Positions 15,001 to 28,470 of a DNA stretch of 64,000 nucleotides are shown in pieces; the stretch's first letter is position 1, and the number at the start of each line of letters is the position of its first letter. The translations under genes were made by a program, and so were the position numbers. The stretch covers positions 62,001 through 126,000 of the forward strand of contig NGBS01000002.1 of NCBI GenBank assembly GCA_002245135.1, written 5' to 3'. A model generated the notes under the pieces. The model worked only from the letters and a program-made list of their open reading frames with translations. It did no database searches and had not been told where the DNA came from. The DNA comes from Proteromonas lacertae (taxonomy: Eukaryota).

Positions 15001-18000
15001 TGCAATTCTGATTTATCAATGAAGAGTGAAAATCTAATAATAAAGTCTAGATCTGTGAATGGTACAATGATATTGAAAAGTGATAAAAAGATAATAAATG
15101 GTAAAGTGAATATGAAAGGAAAAGAAATCGAATTAATAGGAAATGAAATCTTACTAAATAATAAGAATGGAATCGAAATGGAAAGTGAAGTGAGTGAGAT
15201 CCGAAGTGGATCTAATACAAATAATAATGGAGGTTCAATAATGATTGAAAGTATAAATAGTGAATTGAATGGCAACATAAAAATAAAGAGTGGTGAAAGT
15301 GAAAAATCCAGTGGTTCGATATTATTTAATGGTGATAATGTTGAAATGAAATCAAAGAAAATCTTGATAGAATCTAGTAATATATCATTAATAGGAAATT
15401 CAATATCAATGGGAAATAATGAATCATCAATAATACTTCAATACAGTGATAAATCCAAAGAAGATAAATATATATTAAAAAATGAAAATGAAATTTCAAT
15501 GAATTCTAAAACATTAATATTAGAAACTGAATTAAGTGGTTCAATAAATATAACAAGTGATAAAATGAGTTTAGATTCAACTAAAATGAATGTCGAAAGT
15601 AATGAAACCATAATCGATAGTAAATCCTTATTAATATCTTCATCCGAAAAAATAACAATAAATCCATTGATAAAAAAGAATAGTTCAATCTCAATGAATG
15701 GAAATGAAATAAAACTATCAAGTGGTTCAATGGAGATGAGAAACAATGATTTAACAATGAATGGAAAAGTCTCAATGGATGGTTCATTATTATTGGAAAG
15801 TGAAAAATTATTAATGGAAAATGAAAAAATGAGAATGAGTGGTGAAGAATTAAAGATATTAAGTGGAGAAAGTGAAAAATCTAGTGGTTCAATAATAATG
15901 AAAGGAAGTTCAATACTATTAAATAGTTCGTCCATAATAATAAACAGTTTGAATGAAACAACAATTCGAGGTGGTTCAAGTATGAATGGTGGTTCAATAA
16001 AATTGGGAAATGTGGAAAGTGAAATAAAGATAAATGGTTCATTAAAATTGAGTAAATCAAAAGAATTAAGAATAAAGAGTGATGAAATGAAAATGGAAAG
16101 TATTGACTCAATTGAGATGAAATTGAATAAGATATCAATGATGAGTGATGAAATGAATGTAAAAGAAAACAAAAAGCTATCAATGTTAAGTAAATCTATG
16201 AATATAAGTAATAATAAAGGTGAAATCTCAATGAATAGTAAAAGTTTAGAAATATGCAATTCTGATTTATCAATGAAGAGTGAAAATCTAATAATAAAGT
16301 CTAGATCTGTGAATGGTACAATGATATTGAAAAGTGATAAAAAGATAATAAATGGTAAAGTGAATATGAAAGGAAAAGAAATCGAATTAATAGGAAATGA
16401 AATCTTACTAAATAATAAGAATGGAATCGAAATGGAAAGTGAAGTGAGTGAGATCCGAAGTGGATCTAATACAAATAATAATGGAGGTTCAATAATGATT
16501 GAAAGTATAAATAGTGAATTGAATGGCAACATAAAAATAAAGAGTGGTGAAAGTGAAAAATCCAGTGGTTCTATAAAATTAAAGAGTGATGAAATAAGAA
16601 TGAATGGAAGAACAATAAATTTATCAACAAATAATGAAATGAGACTATCAAACAAATCTAATGAATTCAATGTAAAAGATTCAATAAAAATCTCAAGTAA
16701 TAAATTAAATTTGGATAATGATGAAATAAAAATTAAATCAAAAGAAATAGAACTACACTCTAGTTCAATAAAATTACAATCAACTAAGAATATAGAATTG
16801 CCTAATATGTCAATCAATAGTAGTTCCACTCGTTTAGAAGGTGGTTCAGGTAAATATGGAGGTTCTGTTTATATCAATAAGTTAAATATAAATGCCAGTA
16901 GATTATTCAGTATAACAAGTGATAATGGTCGATTAGTTGGTGGTTCATTGCGATTCTCCAATCCAACAAATATGTCAAATATAACAATAAATTCTGTGAA
17001 TTTCAATTTATCAATTCCTGATTCTGAAAGAGTAGGAAAAATAATGATTGATAGTGATAAAAACATAACAATAGGTAGTTCAAAGAATGAAGAAATCTTG
17101 TTTGAAAGTAAGAAATCAAATAATAGTGGTTCAATAGAAATAAATACTGAAAAGAACATGACAAGTGAAAGTGAGATGTTTACAATAAACAGTGGATCAG
17201 GTATTGGAAGTGGTGATATAAGCATAAATGGCAAATCTGTAGAATTAATAGGAAAGAATAAGATAGAAATAATTGGAAGTAAAAACAAATTGGGAAATAT
17301 CACATTAGAAAGTGAAAAATTATTAATAGAAAATGAAAAAATGAGAATGAGTGGTGAAGAATTAAAGATATTAAGTGGAGAAAGTGAAAAATCTAGTGGT
17401 TCAATAATAATGAAAGGAAGTTCAATACTATTAAATAGTTCGTCCATAATAATAAACAGTTTGAATGAAACAACAATTCGAGGTGGTTCAAGTATGAATG
17501 GTGGTTCAATAAAATTGGGAAATGTGGAAAGTGAAATAAAGATAAATGGTTCATTAAAATTGAGTAAATCAAAAGAATTAAGAATAAAGAGTGATGAAAT
17601 GAAAATGGAAAGTATTGACTCAATTGAGATGAAATTGAATAAGATATCAATGATGAGTGATGAAATGAATGTAAAAGAAAACAAAAAGCTATCAATGTTA
17701 AGTAAATCTATGAATATAAGTAATAATAAAGGTGAAATCTCAATGAATAGTAAAAGTTTAGAAATATGCAATTCTGATTTATCAATGAAGAGTGAAAATC
17801 TAATAATAAAGTCTAGATCTGTGAATGGTACAATGATATTGAAAAGTGATAAAAAGATAATAAATGGTAAAGTGAATATGAAAGGAAAAGAGATTCGATT
17901 AGAAAATATAAATAATGAAAGAGTTGGTTCAATATTAATAGAAAGTTTAAATAAAATCTTATTAAATGAAAAGACAATAAATATCTCAAGTGACAAATTA

Positions 18001-20945
18001 TCTTTCTTAAGTGATAATAAAATGTCAATGAAAAGTAAAGATGAAATATCAATGAAAATGGAAAGTGGTACTATTACACTTAATGGTATAAGCAATAGTG
18101 GTAGTAATGGTGGATCAATTATAATGAAAGCATCTTTAACAGAAATTGGTAGTCCAACAAATGAAGAAATAAAAATTCAAACACCTAATGCTGAAAAAGA
18201 TTCTGGTAAAATTATATTTAATACAGGTTCTGCTTTGACTTCAGGCAGTATCTATATTAATAACAAGATGATTGATGGATATGAATATTCCGGCAAAATT
18301 CATATCCATGCTGGTAGAGGTAAGAAGAATTCTGCAGTCTATTTAGCAACTGGTGTTTGTGGTTTAGGAAAAGCAGGTGATATTACAATAGGTCAACCAG
18401 ATAGTAGTTCAATTGATATACTTGGTGAGAATATAAAGAAAACAACAACAACTCCATCCATATTGTTTAATAGTGTTGGTAATACATTTATTCATTCAGA
18501 AAATCTACTTAATATAACAGCTAAGAAGAGTGTTGATTTTCTTTCAGCTAATACAGTGATTAATAGTGAGATGATTGATATGAAAACAAGCAGTAAAGGT
18601 TTTATACAATTAAGTAGTAAAAATGTAAATTTAATTAATTCATATGGTAATATCGTATTGAATAGTAGAAAAGTTGAAATGGATAATATTAAAGACTTTA
18701 ATATTAATTCAAATGTAATGAATGTGAATAATGGTGAAAACGGAAATACAGAATTTTCAGCTGATAATATAACAGTTAGGAGGTTTAATTAATATAAAAT
18801 CAAAAGTGTTTGAATTAAATGGTAATGGAGAAGATAGTAATGTAGAAGTACGATCAAAGCTACTAGATTTAGATTTTAATGAAAGTATTATAGTATCTGG
18901 AAAAGATGTAAAATTAGAAAGTAAGAATATTTCATTTAGTAGTTCATCAGATTTAACTGGTGGAGATATTAAAATATTAAGTGGAGAAAGTGAAAAATCT
19001 AGTGGTTCAATAATAATGAAAGGAAGTTCAATACTATTAAATAGTTCGTCCATAATAATAAACAGTTTGAATGAAACAACAATTCGAGGTGGTTCAAGTA
19101 TGAATGGTGGTTCAATAAAATTGGGAAATGTGGAAAGTGAAATAAAGATAAATGGTTCATTAAAATTGAGTAAATCAAAAGAATTAAGAATAAAGAGTGA
19201 TGAAATGAAAATGGAAAGTATTGACTCAATTGAGATGAAATTGAATAAGATATCAATGATGAGTGATGAAATGAATGTAAAAGAAAACAAAAAGCTATCA
19301 ATGTTAAGTAAATCTATGAATATAAGTAATAATAAAGGTGAAATCTCAATGAATAGTAAAAGTTTAGAAATATGCAATTCTGATTTATCAATGAAGAGTG
19401 AAAATCTAATAATAAAGTCTAGATCTGTGAATGGTACAATGATATTGAAAAGTGATAAAAAGATAATAAATGGTAAAGTGAATATGAAAGGAAAAGAGAT
19501 TCGATTAGAAAATATAAATAATGAAAGAGTTGGTTCAATATTAATAGAAAGTTTAAATAAAATCTTATTGAAATGAAAAGACAATAAATATCTCAAGTGA
19601 CAAATTATCTTTCTTAAGTGATAATAAAATGTCAATGAAAAGTAAAGATGAAATATCAATGAAAATGAAGGATGGTTTAATGAAATTCGAAAATGATGAG
19701 ATGTTAATAGAAAATGAAAAAATGAGAATGAGTGGTGAAGAATTAAAGATATTAAGTGGAGAAAGTGAAAAATCTAGTGGTTCAATAATAATGAAAGGAA
19801 GTTCAATACTATTAAATAGTTCGTCCATAATAATAAACAGTTTGAATGAAACAACAATTCGAGGTGGTTCAAGTATGAATGGTGGTTCAATAAAATTGGG
19901 AAATGTGGAAAGTGAAATAAAGATAAATGGTTCATTAAAATTGAGTAAATCAAAAGAATTAAGAATAAAGAGTGATGAAATGAAAATGGAAAGTATTGAC
20001 TCAATTGAGATGAAATTGAATAAGATATCAATGATGAGTGACGAAATGAATGTAAAAGAAAACAAAAAGCTATCAATGTTAAGTAAATCTATGAATATAA
20101 GTAATAATAAAGGTGAAATCTCAATGAATAGTAAAAGTTTAGAAATATGCAATTCTGATTTATCAATGAAGAGTGAAAATCTAATAATAAACTCAGAAAA
20201 GATAAATGTAACCACTTATGCTGTTAATATAAGTGGAGATGTTGAATTAAATTCTCAAATCTTGGTTATGGATGGAGTTAAAGACTCTGAAGTTAAGATT
20301 ATAAGTAAATCTGCTTTATCTGTTGAGGCAGATGAAATAAAACTTAATAGTTCAAATATACAAATAGATCAAGAAGAAATTAATATAATGACAGCTGCAG
20401 CAAACAATTCAGCGGGTGATATTATTATAGAAAGCAAATCAAATAGTTCAGAGATTAATATCAATAATAATGGAGGAAAGACTGAGATTAATGCAGCAGA
20501 TGGAGAAATAGTAATAAACACAAATACAACAGAAATTAGAACAATGAATGGTTCAAATAATGAAGTCGTATTTGAATCATCTGATTCTATAAAGTTAAGT
20601 TCAAATAAATATTCCATGAATATTGATGAAAATGGATTAAGTATATCATCAACAGAAAATGAAGAAAATGATAATAACTATGAAATCAACTCTTATTACA
20701 CATTTGATATTACATACATAACTAAAGAAGAAGAAGGTGATTGTGTTGATTTTGACCTATCTAAAGAAGGTGTAGAAGAAAGTGATTTTGTTACTTTACA
20801 GTTACAACAAAAAGAAGATATGGATGGAAATGTGAGATCATATGTTAAAGATGGAAAGATGATAGCTGCATTATGTTTTTCATCAAAACCAGTATCTAAC
20901 ACAGAAGTAGTTATTACAGTATATGTAGTTCATGGTAGAAATTAA
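1..20945 (+). CDS. Giant intronless Ser/Gly/Ile/Asn/Lys-rich beta-repeat protein, 5'-partial; joined across two +1 frame breaks (~18777 and ~19572)
   Basis: Frame 1 is open from base 1 (KSTSGDITIG...) to 18792. ORFs 18806-19576 and 19629-20945 continue the same repeat modules. Removing one base at each junction gives one ORF ending ...VITVYVVHGRN*. Almost no Trp/Cys/Pro; short alternating hydrophobic strands separated by GS/SG turns. Confidence 0.85.
169..3026 (+). repeat. Repeat block A: ~1.16 kb near-identical direct duplication (169-1331 and 1864-3026, offset 1695); partial third copy from ~3748
   Basis: Same sequence read at both positions; antisense ORFs 632-1087 and 2327-2782 are offset by exactly 1695. 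Confidence 0.9.
4009..9211 (+). repeat. Repeat array B: units start at 4009, 4921, 5725, 6433, 7345, 8149, 8857 (periods 912/804/708 twice, i.e. a 2424-nt higher-order repeat x2)
   Basis: Each unit begins GGTAAAGATAGTTCAAGTGG (GKDSSSG). All periods are multiples of 3. Confidence 0.92.
10992..20190 (+). repeat. Repeat array C: eight copies of a ~150-aa module (KILSGESEKSSGS...MKSENLII) within a 3540-nt higher-order repeat
   Basis: Module spacings are 1254, 1512, 774, 1254, 1512, 1606, 775, from antisense ORF ends 11389, 12643, 14155, 14929, 16183, 17695, 19301, 20076. Confidence 0.92.
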
Positions 20946-21057
20946 ACCTTATAAAATTATTATTATTAAAAATATTTCAATTATATAATATTTGTATGTG
21001 TTTTGTATTTAAATTTTGAAAAGAATAAAAGAAATATAAAATAAAAATATTAATCAA

Positions 21058-23182
21058 TTAAAGAGTTTTTATCTGTTTATTTGGAGAGTTTGAAATTTCA
21101 TCAATACTTCTTTTTCTCTTTTCTCCTATATCATTTTGATTTACATTTTGATTTGTATATGAAGAAGATGTTGATGCTGTTGTATCTAATGTTGAATTTA
21201 AATTAGGAGATATATTGCTGATTTGTATCTTTCCATTATTAAGATTTGCTTGTAGAATTTGATTATTAATAAGAGTATTTTGAGTTTGAGATGTAAAAAT
21301 ATCTTGTTTTGATGGTTTTATTACCATTGTATGATTTATACTGTTAGTATTATCTTGAATATTCATAGGTAATAACTGAGGAAGTATTTGAGATTGTTGT
21401 TGTTGTTGTTGCTGCTGCTGAATAGATGTTGGTATAATAGGTAATGTCTGAGATATTGATAATATTGGATTTGTATTATTATTATTATTATTATTATTGT
21501 CAATATGTGGAGGTATATAAGATTGATTATTATTATTATTATTATTATTACTAAATATTGAAATTGTCGATGGTTTTACCATTTGTTGTTGTTGTTGTTG
21601 TTGTTGTGGAGCTGATAATAGTAAAGATAAATTATCATTTTGATTTGGTAATGAAGTATTGGATGTTGATGTAGTCAAAGCTGTATTCTTAAATAGATTA
21701 TTCACACTTGATGTATCATTAATATTAGTAAATGGAATAGATGGAATAAAACTATTACCTACTAATTTCGTTGATGAAAATGATAAGTTTTTAGTAAAAC
21801 CATTGTCTAGTCCACTACTTCCATTATTATTGTTATTATTACTTGTAATTGGTAATGTAGAGAGTGGTGTAATTAATGGTTGTTGTTGTTGTTGTATTAG
21901 TAAATTATTATTATTATATTTTAATAAATCTATACCACCATTACTAGTAGTATTAACATTATTGATTAATGAATTATTATCATTAACAGGTGTAAAACTC
22001 GATGTCATACTGTGATTCAATGCATTATCACTATTAAGAGTCGTACCAGCTCTATCTTCAGGTGGAGGAATATAATCTTTCATTGTATTACACACTATCT
22101 TCTGTAATATTGGATTAGTTGTTGGATTTAAGACAGACTGTCTTATTTGTTTATCATCTAATACAGATACAGTTGTATTTGTATTACTGATATTAGTAGG
22201 ATAAAGTGATGATGATGATGATGATGATGATGATGTAGTTTGATAATTTAAAGTATTAAATAATTGAAATGGCATAGAGTTGATATTAGAGGATGTTGCA
22301 GTAGATGATGATGATGATACTGCTGAATCTTGATTACCACCTATTAATATATTATTATTATTATTATTATTATTAGATAAAAATGATTGGCTACTAGTAG
22401 AGAGTGTTCTAAACTCCTCTGCATTTGGACCTATTAATTTCATATCATATGGGCCTTTAATAATTATATTATTATTATTATTATTACTTAATATTGATGG
22501 GATTTGTTGTTGTAAATCATTTTTAAATGTATATTTCACTCTCACTTTAAAATTCATTTCAATTTGTTTGGATATTCTCATGTTATTAGTTACTAGTAAT
22601 TTATTATTATATTCATCAAAATAGAACTTCTCTTTCCTCTGTTTAGCAGCTCTTTCATTCTTTAAAGTGTTATAATTATTCTTTAATTTCCTTGTTCTCT
22701 TTGATTCATTCGTCATTGTTAATGGATTTGGAGTTGAATTATTGGATGATGATAAATAATCGTTATTATTGATTGTATTCTCTACAAATAGTGTTCTTTT
22801 AGGTGAATATTGATTAATAGGAGATTGTAATTCTGAATCTATAGATCTAGGTGTATTGTTATATATATTCATATTATTATTCAACAATGATGAAGAAGCA
22901 GTATTTGAAAATGATATTGTATTATTATTGCCATATATACTGTTTTTATTATTATTACTGGTTATAGTATTATCTTCATGATCAGATGGTACTGGTGATG
23001 ATAATAATCCACTAGATAAATAGAACTTTGCATTGTTGTTGTTGTTGTTGTTGTTGTTTTCTATGATAGGATAATCATGTAGTAATATATCTAATGCATA
23101 TCGATGACGGTGAAATATGAAGAAATCATGACAATCATTTTCTGATTTTGTAGTGATAATCTTGGCCATTTCACTCCAATTC

Positions 23183-23214
<32 letters not shown>

Positions 23215-24802
23215 TTATACATCTTTTACTATAGGTAAATTATTTATAAACAATTGTTTCTCTTCAGTTGTCCATTTCGATGAAGGTTTGGTGGATATTA
23301 AATGAGGTCTGTTGAAACTGTATTTCTTTATTTTCTTAATATTTCTTACACCATTGCCATTACCACTAAGTTGATTATTTGTACTAGAGGACCCCTCCTG
23401 CTAATTTAATAAAATTAATATTTATATATACATCATTTATATTTGAAGTGACTCTGTTTAATGTATCTACAAATTCCTCAGTTTTCAGTGCATTATATGA
23501 ATCATACGACAATTCACCTAAATACTTCATTATCTCTTCTACACGTAAACCAGGTGAGAAGAATGAATCTGGTATTTTTAGACCCAAATTCTTACATGCT
23601 ACTATTGTTACATAGTTTAAATCATATTGAGATTTTCTTCTAAACGATATTAATCTCTTTAATAACTCTTTATATTGCACAACCTTTTTACTTTTGTAAT
23701 AATATGAAACAACATCTTGATAAGTTTTGTTTCTCAAACATCTGGCGATCATCGAAAAATCTTTTGGGTGTGCGAAAAATACCAATAAAAAAATCAACTT
23801 TTCTAAGTCAGTCCATGGGTTTATTAAGTCTTCTTGTGTTTGAATGGCTTTAGGACAGTTACAATTGATAGGACATGGAGTGTCATGGTCAAAATCTTGA
23901 CACTTCATAATATCGTTATCTAGTGTTAACCTGCTGTTGTGATTCTCCTTATACGAACTATAATATTTTTCTGTTTCATCTGTATATTGACGAGGACAAA
24001 CAGCAAATCCTTTCCTAATTTTCTTCTCATTAGGGTTTCCTGCTGACAATGTGAAGTTATTAGCTATACTAGCAGATGTATTTCCATCTACTGATGGTGT
24101 ATTTCCACCAGATGGGCAGTTTTGTTTCTTCCTTCTTGTAACTAAAGGAGATGAAGAAAAAGAATCGTTTGTCCTTCCCATAATACACATTGAACTACGC
24201 AGAGTTCTTCTAGTTCGCTTACTATCTTGATTCAACAGCTTTTGAACTTGATATTCATGATCTTCAACAATTGCTTTCCATTTTTGACTTCTACTAAGGT
24301 ATATTTTTGTGTTATCTTCAATTGTACGATGTTGTACGAAATATCTATCTCTGATAAAACTGTATACTATCTGTTTATGCTCCTCATGATAGATTTTGTT
24401 TTGTTCCCAATATGGTGCTTTACAAGGTTCAGTATAACTATAAAGAAAAATAACTATATAAGAGTGGATAACAATACATTGGTTTGAATTCGCCGCTAGC
24501 AAAGGGAATTTCAGATGAAAGAAATGAAAAGGCTTTTTCACAACTTTGTCTTTGTCTTTCTCGATTTTCCTGAAAATATATAATCAAGCATATATATACT
24601 TTATATATTCGGCTTATAACATCAGAATCTTTTGAATTAAGGTTCATTTCTGGTAAAATGATAGTGTCCTAGAACGTATAATTTCTAATAGTAATACTGA
24701 TGATATTTCTGATTGTTTGTTTAGATCTGCTAAGCATATATTAGTTATATAGAGAAAAATACCATTGCATTGGGGTTGATCTTTAACCTTTTCGATTTCC
24801 AT
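21058..24802 (-). CDS. NCoR/SMRT/Snt1-like corepressor with two SANT/Myb domains and a long N/Q-rich tail (multi-exon)
   Basis: SANT1 PWTDLEKLIF...HPKDFSMIARCLRNKTYQDVVSYYYKSKK. SANT2 KWTTEEKQLF...NWSEMAKIITTKSENDCHDFF. N-terminal ISRIYKENRE...PCKAPYWEQN resembles the NCoR GPS2-interacting region. ATG at 24802; five short GT-AG introns join the ORF pieces. Confidence 0.8.
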
Positions 24803-25007
24803 GATTTAAAACAATCGTTATTACGAAGCAGAAGCTTTAAAATCAATAACTAAAAAATGAGGCAAAAAGCTTGATATTAGTTTGACATTTGAATTTCATT
24901 TTTGTTATTTGTATGTATTAAAAGTAAAATCATGTTTTAGAAAAATTAAAAATTAAATAACTATTAATTATTTATACATTAATCCCATTTAATGAGCATA
25001 TCTGCTT

Positions 25008-25833
25008 TAATTGGTTAATTTTTTTCTTTGTTCATTTAATTCAATCTATTTATAATATTTATAATATTTTTACTTTGTATTTGTTAACTATATTCTGAAT
25101 CTGTGACTTCCACATCATATTAGCTTGATCTAGAGTTGTTTTTATTATTTCTTCATATTTTTCTGAAATATCCTCGGAACTACTATCATTCAACAACTGT
25201 CTTTCCAATTCTAGTATTCTGTTATCTTTTTCTACCAACTGTTTCTTTAACTCCAAAATAATCTTGTCTTTTTTATCACTTATATTCATTGTTTGTAGTG
25301 AAAAATCATCTATATTGCTTTTATGAAAAGAAGGAACTGAAGTATACGGAACTATATCATTGTGAAAAGAATTAGAATTAATTTTGCTTTCTATTCATAT
25401 AAGAAGTAATTAAAAATATAACAATACTGAGTATCCCTTTTAATTCCGATATTATTTTATTTTGACTTGTGTATTTTGTTTTAACAGCATTCTAAGAATA
25501 ATTGATTAATAATACCAATTGTTTTTCAGTATTTAACAGTTTTTCTTTTATATCATTGTCGTGAACGTCATCATCATCAAATAAGGTAGGTGATTTGGAT
25601 GGGTTCGGAATAGATTGTGTATTTATTTCTGTATATGATTTTGAAATTGAAGAATCAAGTGACAAATCTGGACTGTTTAATTGGTCATTATTACGAAACA
25701 TTATACTAAAAGACTGAGAATCATCACAATTGCTCTCATTTACTTCGGGTATTGTTAATAAAGTGTTATTATTATCCTATACATAATATTATGAAATGTG
25801 ATATACATCTGCATTATCGTCTAAATCACTCAT
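25008..25833 (-). CDS. Hypothetical coiled-coil protein (multi-exon)
   Basis: ATG at 25833 (MSDLDDNAD). ORFs 25492-25701 and 25059-25289 are joined by short GT-AG introns. Heptad-like LELKKQLVEKDNRILELERQL. The stop may instead lie near 24972 if one A is missing from a homopolymer. Confidence 0.6.
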
Positions 25834-25919
25834 TCTTAAATTATGAAACGGACTTATTTTCAAAAATAAAAACAATCGTCTATACTTAAATATATATAAC
25901 ATTAAAAGCTAAAATAATT

Positions 25920-26744
25920 TCAAGGAACAGAACCTAATCTACTCCTAGACAAATCATTTTCACTGTTAATATTATTAATTATTGGTTGCTGCAATTGCTG
26001 TTGTTGTTGTTGCTGTTGTTGTTGTTGTTGCTGTTGTTGTTGTTGCTGCTGCTGCTGCTGTTCCTGTTGTAGTAGTACACGTCTATGATGATGATGTGTT
26101 TGTAATACATCATAATCAGTTGGCAATTCATTATTGGGTATATTTGATGAAGCAATTGGTGGTTTCTTTTGAGTAGTATCAAAATCCCAAAATTTATCGT
26201 AATCTGAACTCTTCATTATTTTTGGTGAAATAAAATATCTAATTTGTTTTGTATAAACATCTAAACCTCTTTCTTTGACGAGTTTTCTTTTCATTAAATC
26301 TAACGATATTTCTCCATATGATATAACTGCTGTATCTTTATAATGAACTGTTGTATTTCCCACTTTTAAATATAAATCCAAATTGTTTCCGATAATATCA
26401 AAATTATTGCAATGACCATAGAGTGTAACTTCTTGTTGTAGTGCTTCATTAATATGAGATTGACTTTTGCTTTTTAGCTCATTTTCTTTCATAACCCTCA
26501 TTGCAGCTGATAGATCTAGAGAAACTGGTCTTTGTGGCTTTAAATGAGGCATACTTGCTGATGAAGTTAATCCAGAGTATTGAGTACCTAATTTGGAATT
26601 TGTGTTTCTATAAGTACTGTTAACCATTGAACTGGATAATTTTGTAGGGACAGGTGGTGGTAAACCAGAGTTATAGCTTTGACCTTTATTTACAGGGGGA
26701 TTACTTTTTATGTCAAGTGACAATGATTCACTTGTCATGTTCAT
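25920..26744 (-). CDS. Hypothetical protein with poly-Q tract
   Basis: 274-aa ORF with ATG and stop; no recognisable domain. Confidence 0.65.
   Translation of the reverse strand: MNMTSESLSLDIKSNPPVNKGQSYNSGLPPPVPTKLSSSMVNSTYRNTNSKLGTQYSGLTSSASMPHLKPQRPVSLDLSAAMRVMKENELKSKSQSHINEALQQEVTLYGHCNNFDIIGNNLDLYLKVGNTTVHYKDTAVISYGEISLDLMKRKLVKERGLDVYTKQIRYFISPKIMKSSDYDKFWDFDTTQKKPPIASSNIPNNELPTDYDVLQTHHHHRRVLLQQEQQQQQQQQQQQQQQQQQQQQQQLQQPIINNINSENDLSRSRLGSVP
25991..26069 (-). repeat. CAA/CAG trinucleotide repeat encoding poly-Gln
   Basis: (TTG/CTG)n run on the + strand. Confidence 0.9.
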
Positions 26745-26941
26745 ACTATAAAATATTTTATAATTTTAAAAAACAGTTTTGGTGAAATATGCAACACAAA
26801 GAGAAATAGAGGTGATTTTAAAATATCAAGCTTCTTCAAGTTAAAATAGAGTCGTTTCGTGGAATCAAATCTAAATTGAATAAAATATTCATACTTTCTT
26901 CAAATAAAGATCTTTAATTACTCTTATACTTTTGGACACTT

Positions 26942-28470
26942 ATGGAGACTTTAATAAATGAGACTAAAGAATCTTTAGAATCAGTTAACGTGGATTTAGA
27001 TTCTCACAAGAAAGCTCGCCAAGAAACAATAGATCGAGTTGTTCAAGCTAAATATATATTATCTTTATTAGAAGAACTAAAGAATCCTATACAAGAGTCA
27101 ACATGGGATGAAACAAAGGAGTTAGATGATTCACACAATTATGCTGTTAAATTTGTTGAAAAAGCCACAGAAGAAGCAAAAACAAAAATTCAAAATTCCA
27201 AGAATAAGGTATTCAAGTAATTATAATAGTTAGACTGTTTGGCAAATGTATAAGCATGCAAATGGTGATGTTTATTATAAGAACTCAGAAACAGGAGAAA
27301 CTCGTTGGGAGAAGCCAATAGGTTTTGATGAAAAACAAATAGAAACAGTTCCAGAAATATCAGTATCTAAAGATCAACCAGCATCAGTGATATTAGATTC
27401 ATTAGCTATAAAGCCATCCTATGTGAATAGCAATAGTAAATCATTAGAAATGTTAATATATTATTATGAAAGTATATTATTATATATATAATCTATTAAA
27501 TAGATGATTTTGGAACTGATGAACAATGGAAAGAGATTGTGCAGAATAATACAAACAAAATACTTAACACAATTTCATCGTATTTATTACCAGAGAATTC
27601 AATAGAACAACAGTATTATGCATTTAAAATATTATGTTCATTCTGTATATATAATATAATAATAATAATAATAATAATTAATAGCAATGTATGTTGACAA
27701 TTTCTTCAAAGTGTTATATGATTTAATTAATGGTGATGTGAATGTATGGGAATGTTTTAAGAGTTTTATTGAACAAGTAATGTTACTGGATGATTTAAAA
27801 GATTATATAAATTGGAGTTTTGTATTTATTAAACAATATGTTATTGCAAATCATGATGTTAATAGTATTTATAATAATAATAATTATTATTATTTATATA
27901 GCTTTACCAAACACTGATATTATAAAACAAATTTATTCGTTATTATGTAATGTTGATTCTAAATATTCCAACATAATAATCAATACTTTAGGTCAACTAC
28001 AAATATATTATATTGGGGAAAAAAATCCAATGATTTCTGAATTAACAAGTGATTTAGAATTCACTGCTAATTGGTGAATTGTTATTACATTTTATTAATG
28101 AATATAGATATCCTTATACTGATGCTGATCAATGTTTTAATGTATTGAAATGGATTAATAATATACTGAACAACCATATTACTGCTAATATATTTTATGC
28201 TAATGATATTAATGTGTTTATTGATATGATTTTATCAGAATTGAGAAATTTACCACCTGATGATATAGTATATTTTTTTATGTTTACTTTGTTATGTAGT
28301 TTGTCGAGTTGTATGTTAATATCTTGTACAATATTATGATTAATACCAAATATATGGAATATAAATACAAGTTGAATGTAATTATAGTCACAGTGGATGG
28401 TATAAAAAATGAAGGGTGTAATATTAATTCTCAATCTTGGATAAACAAGATATTGGAAATCAAACCATGA
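26942..28470 (+). CDS. WW-domain protein with C-terminal SPIN90/Ldb17 (NCKIPSD-like, DUF2013) domain
   Basis: WW motif VWQMYKHANGDVYYKNSETGETRWEKP after a 25-nt intron. FYANDINVFIDMILSELRNLP matches the SPIN90/Ldb17 FYxND signature. Spliced frame ends at TGA 28468-28470. Confidence 0.7.

Noticed and set aside
4009..20190. Repeat-spacer layout suggesting CRISPR or a mobile element
   Set aside because: Units are hundreds of nt, in-frame and protein-coding; no cas, transposase, LTR or terminal inverted repeats were seen.
632..20215. Many long minus-strand ORFs (up to 649 aa, I/L/F/S-rich) over the giant gene
   Set aside because: Antisense shadows of the purine-rich, codon-biased repeat gene; they recur with exactly the repeat periods.
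21058..23169. Poly-Asn/Gln/Ser tracts as a special element
   Set aside because: Ordinary trinucleotide low-complexity coding sequence typical of AT-rich protist genomes.
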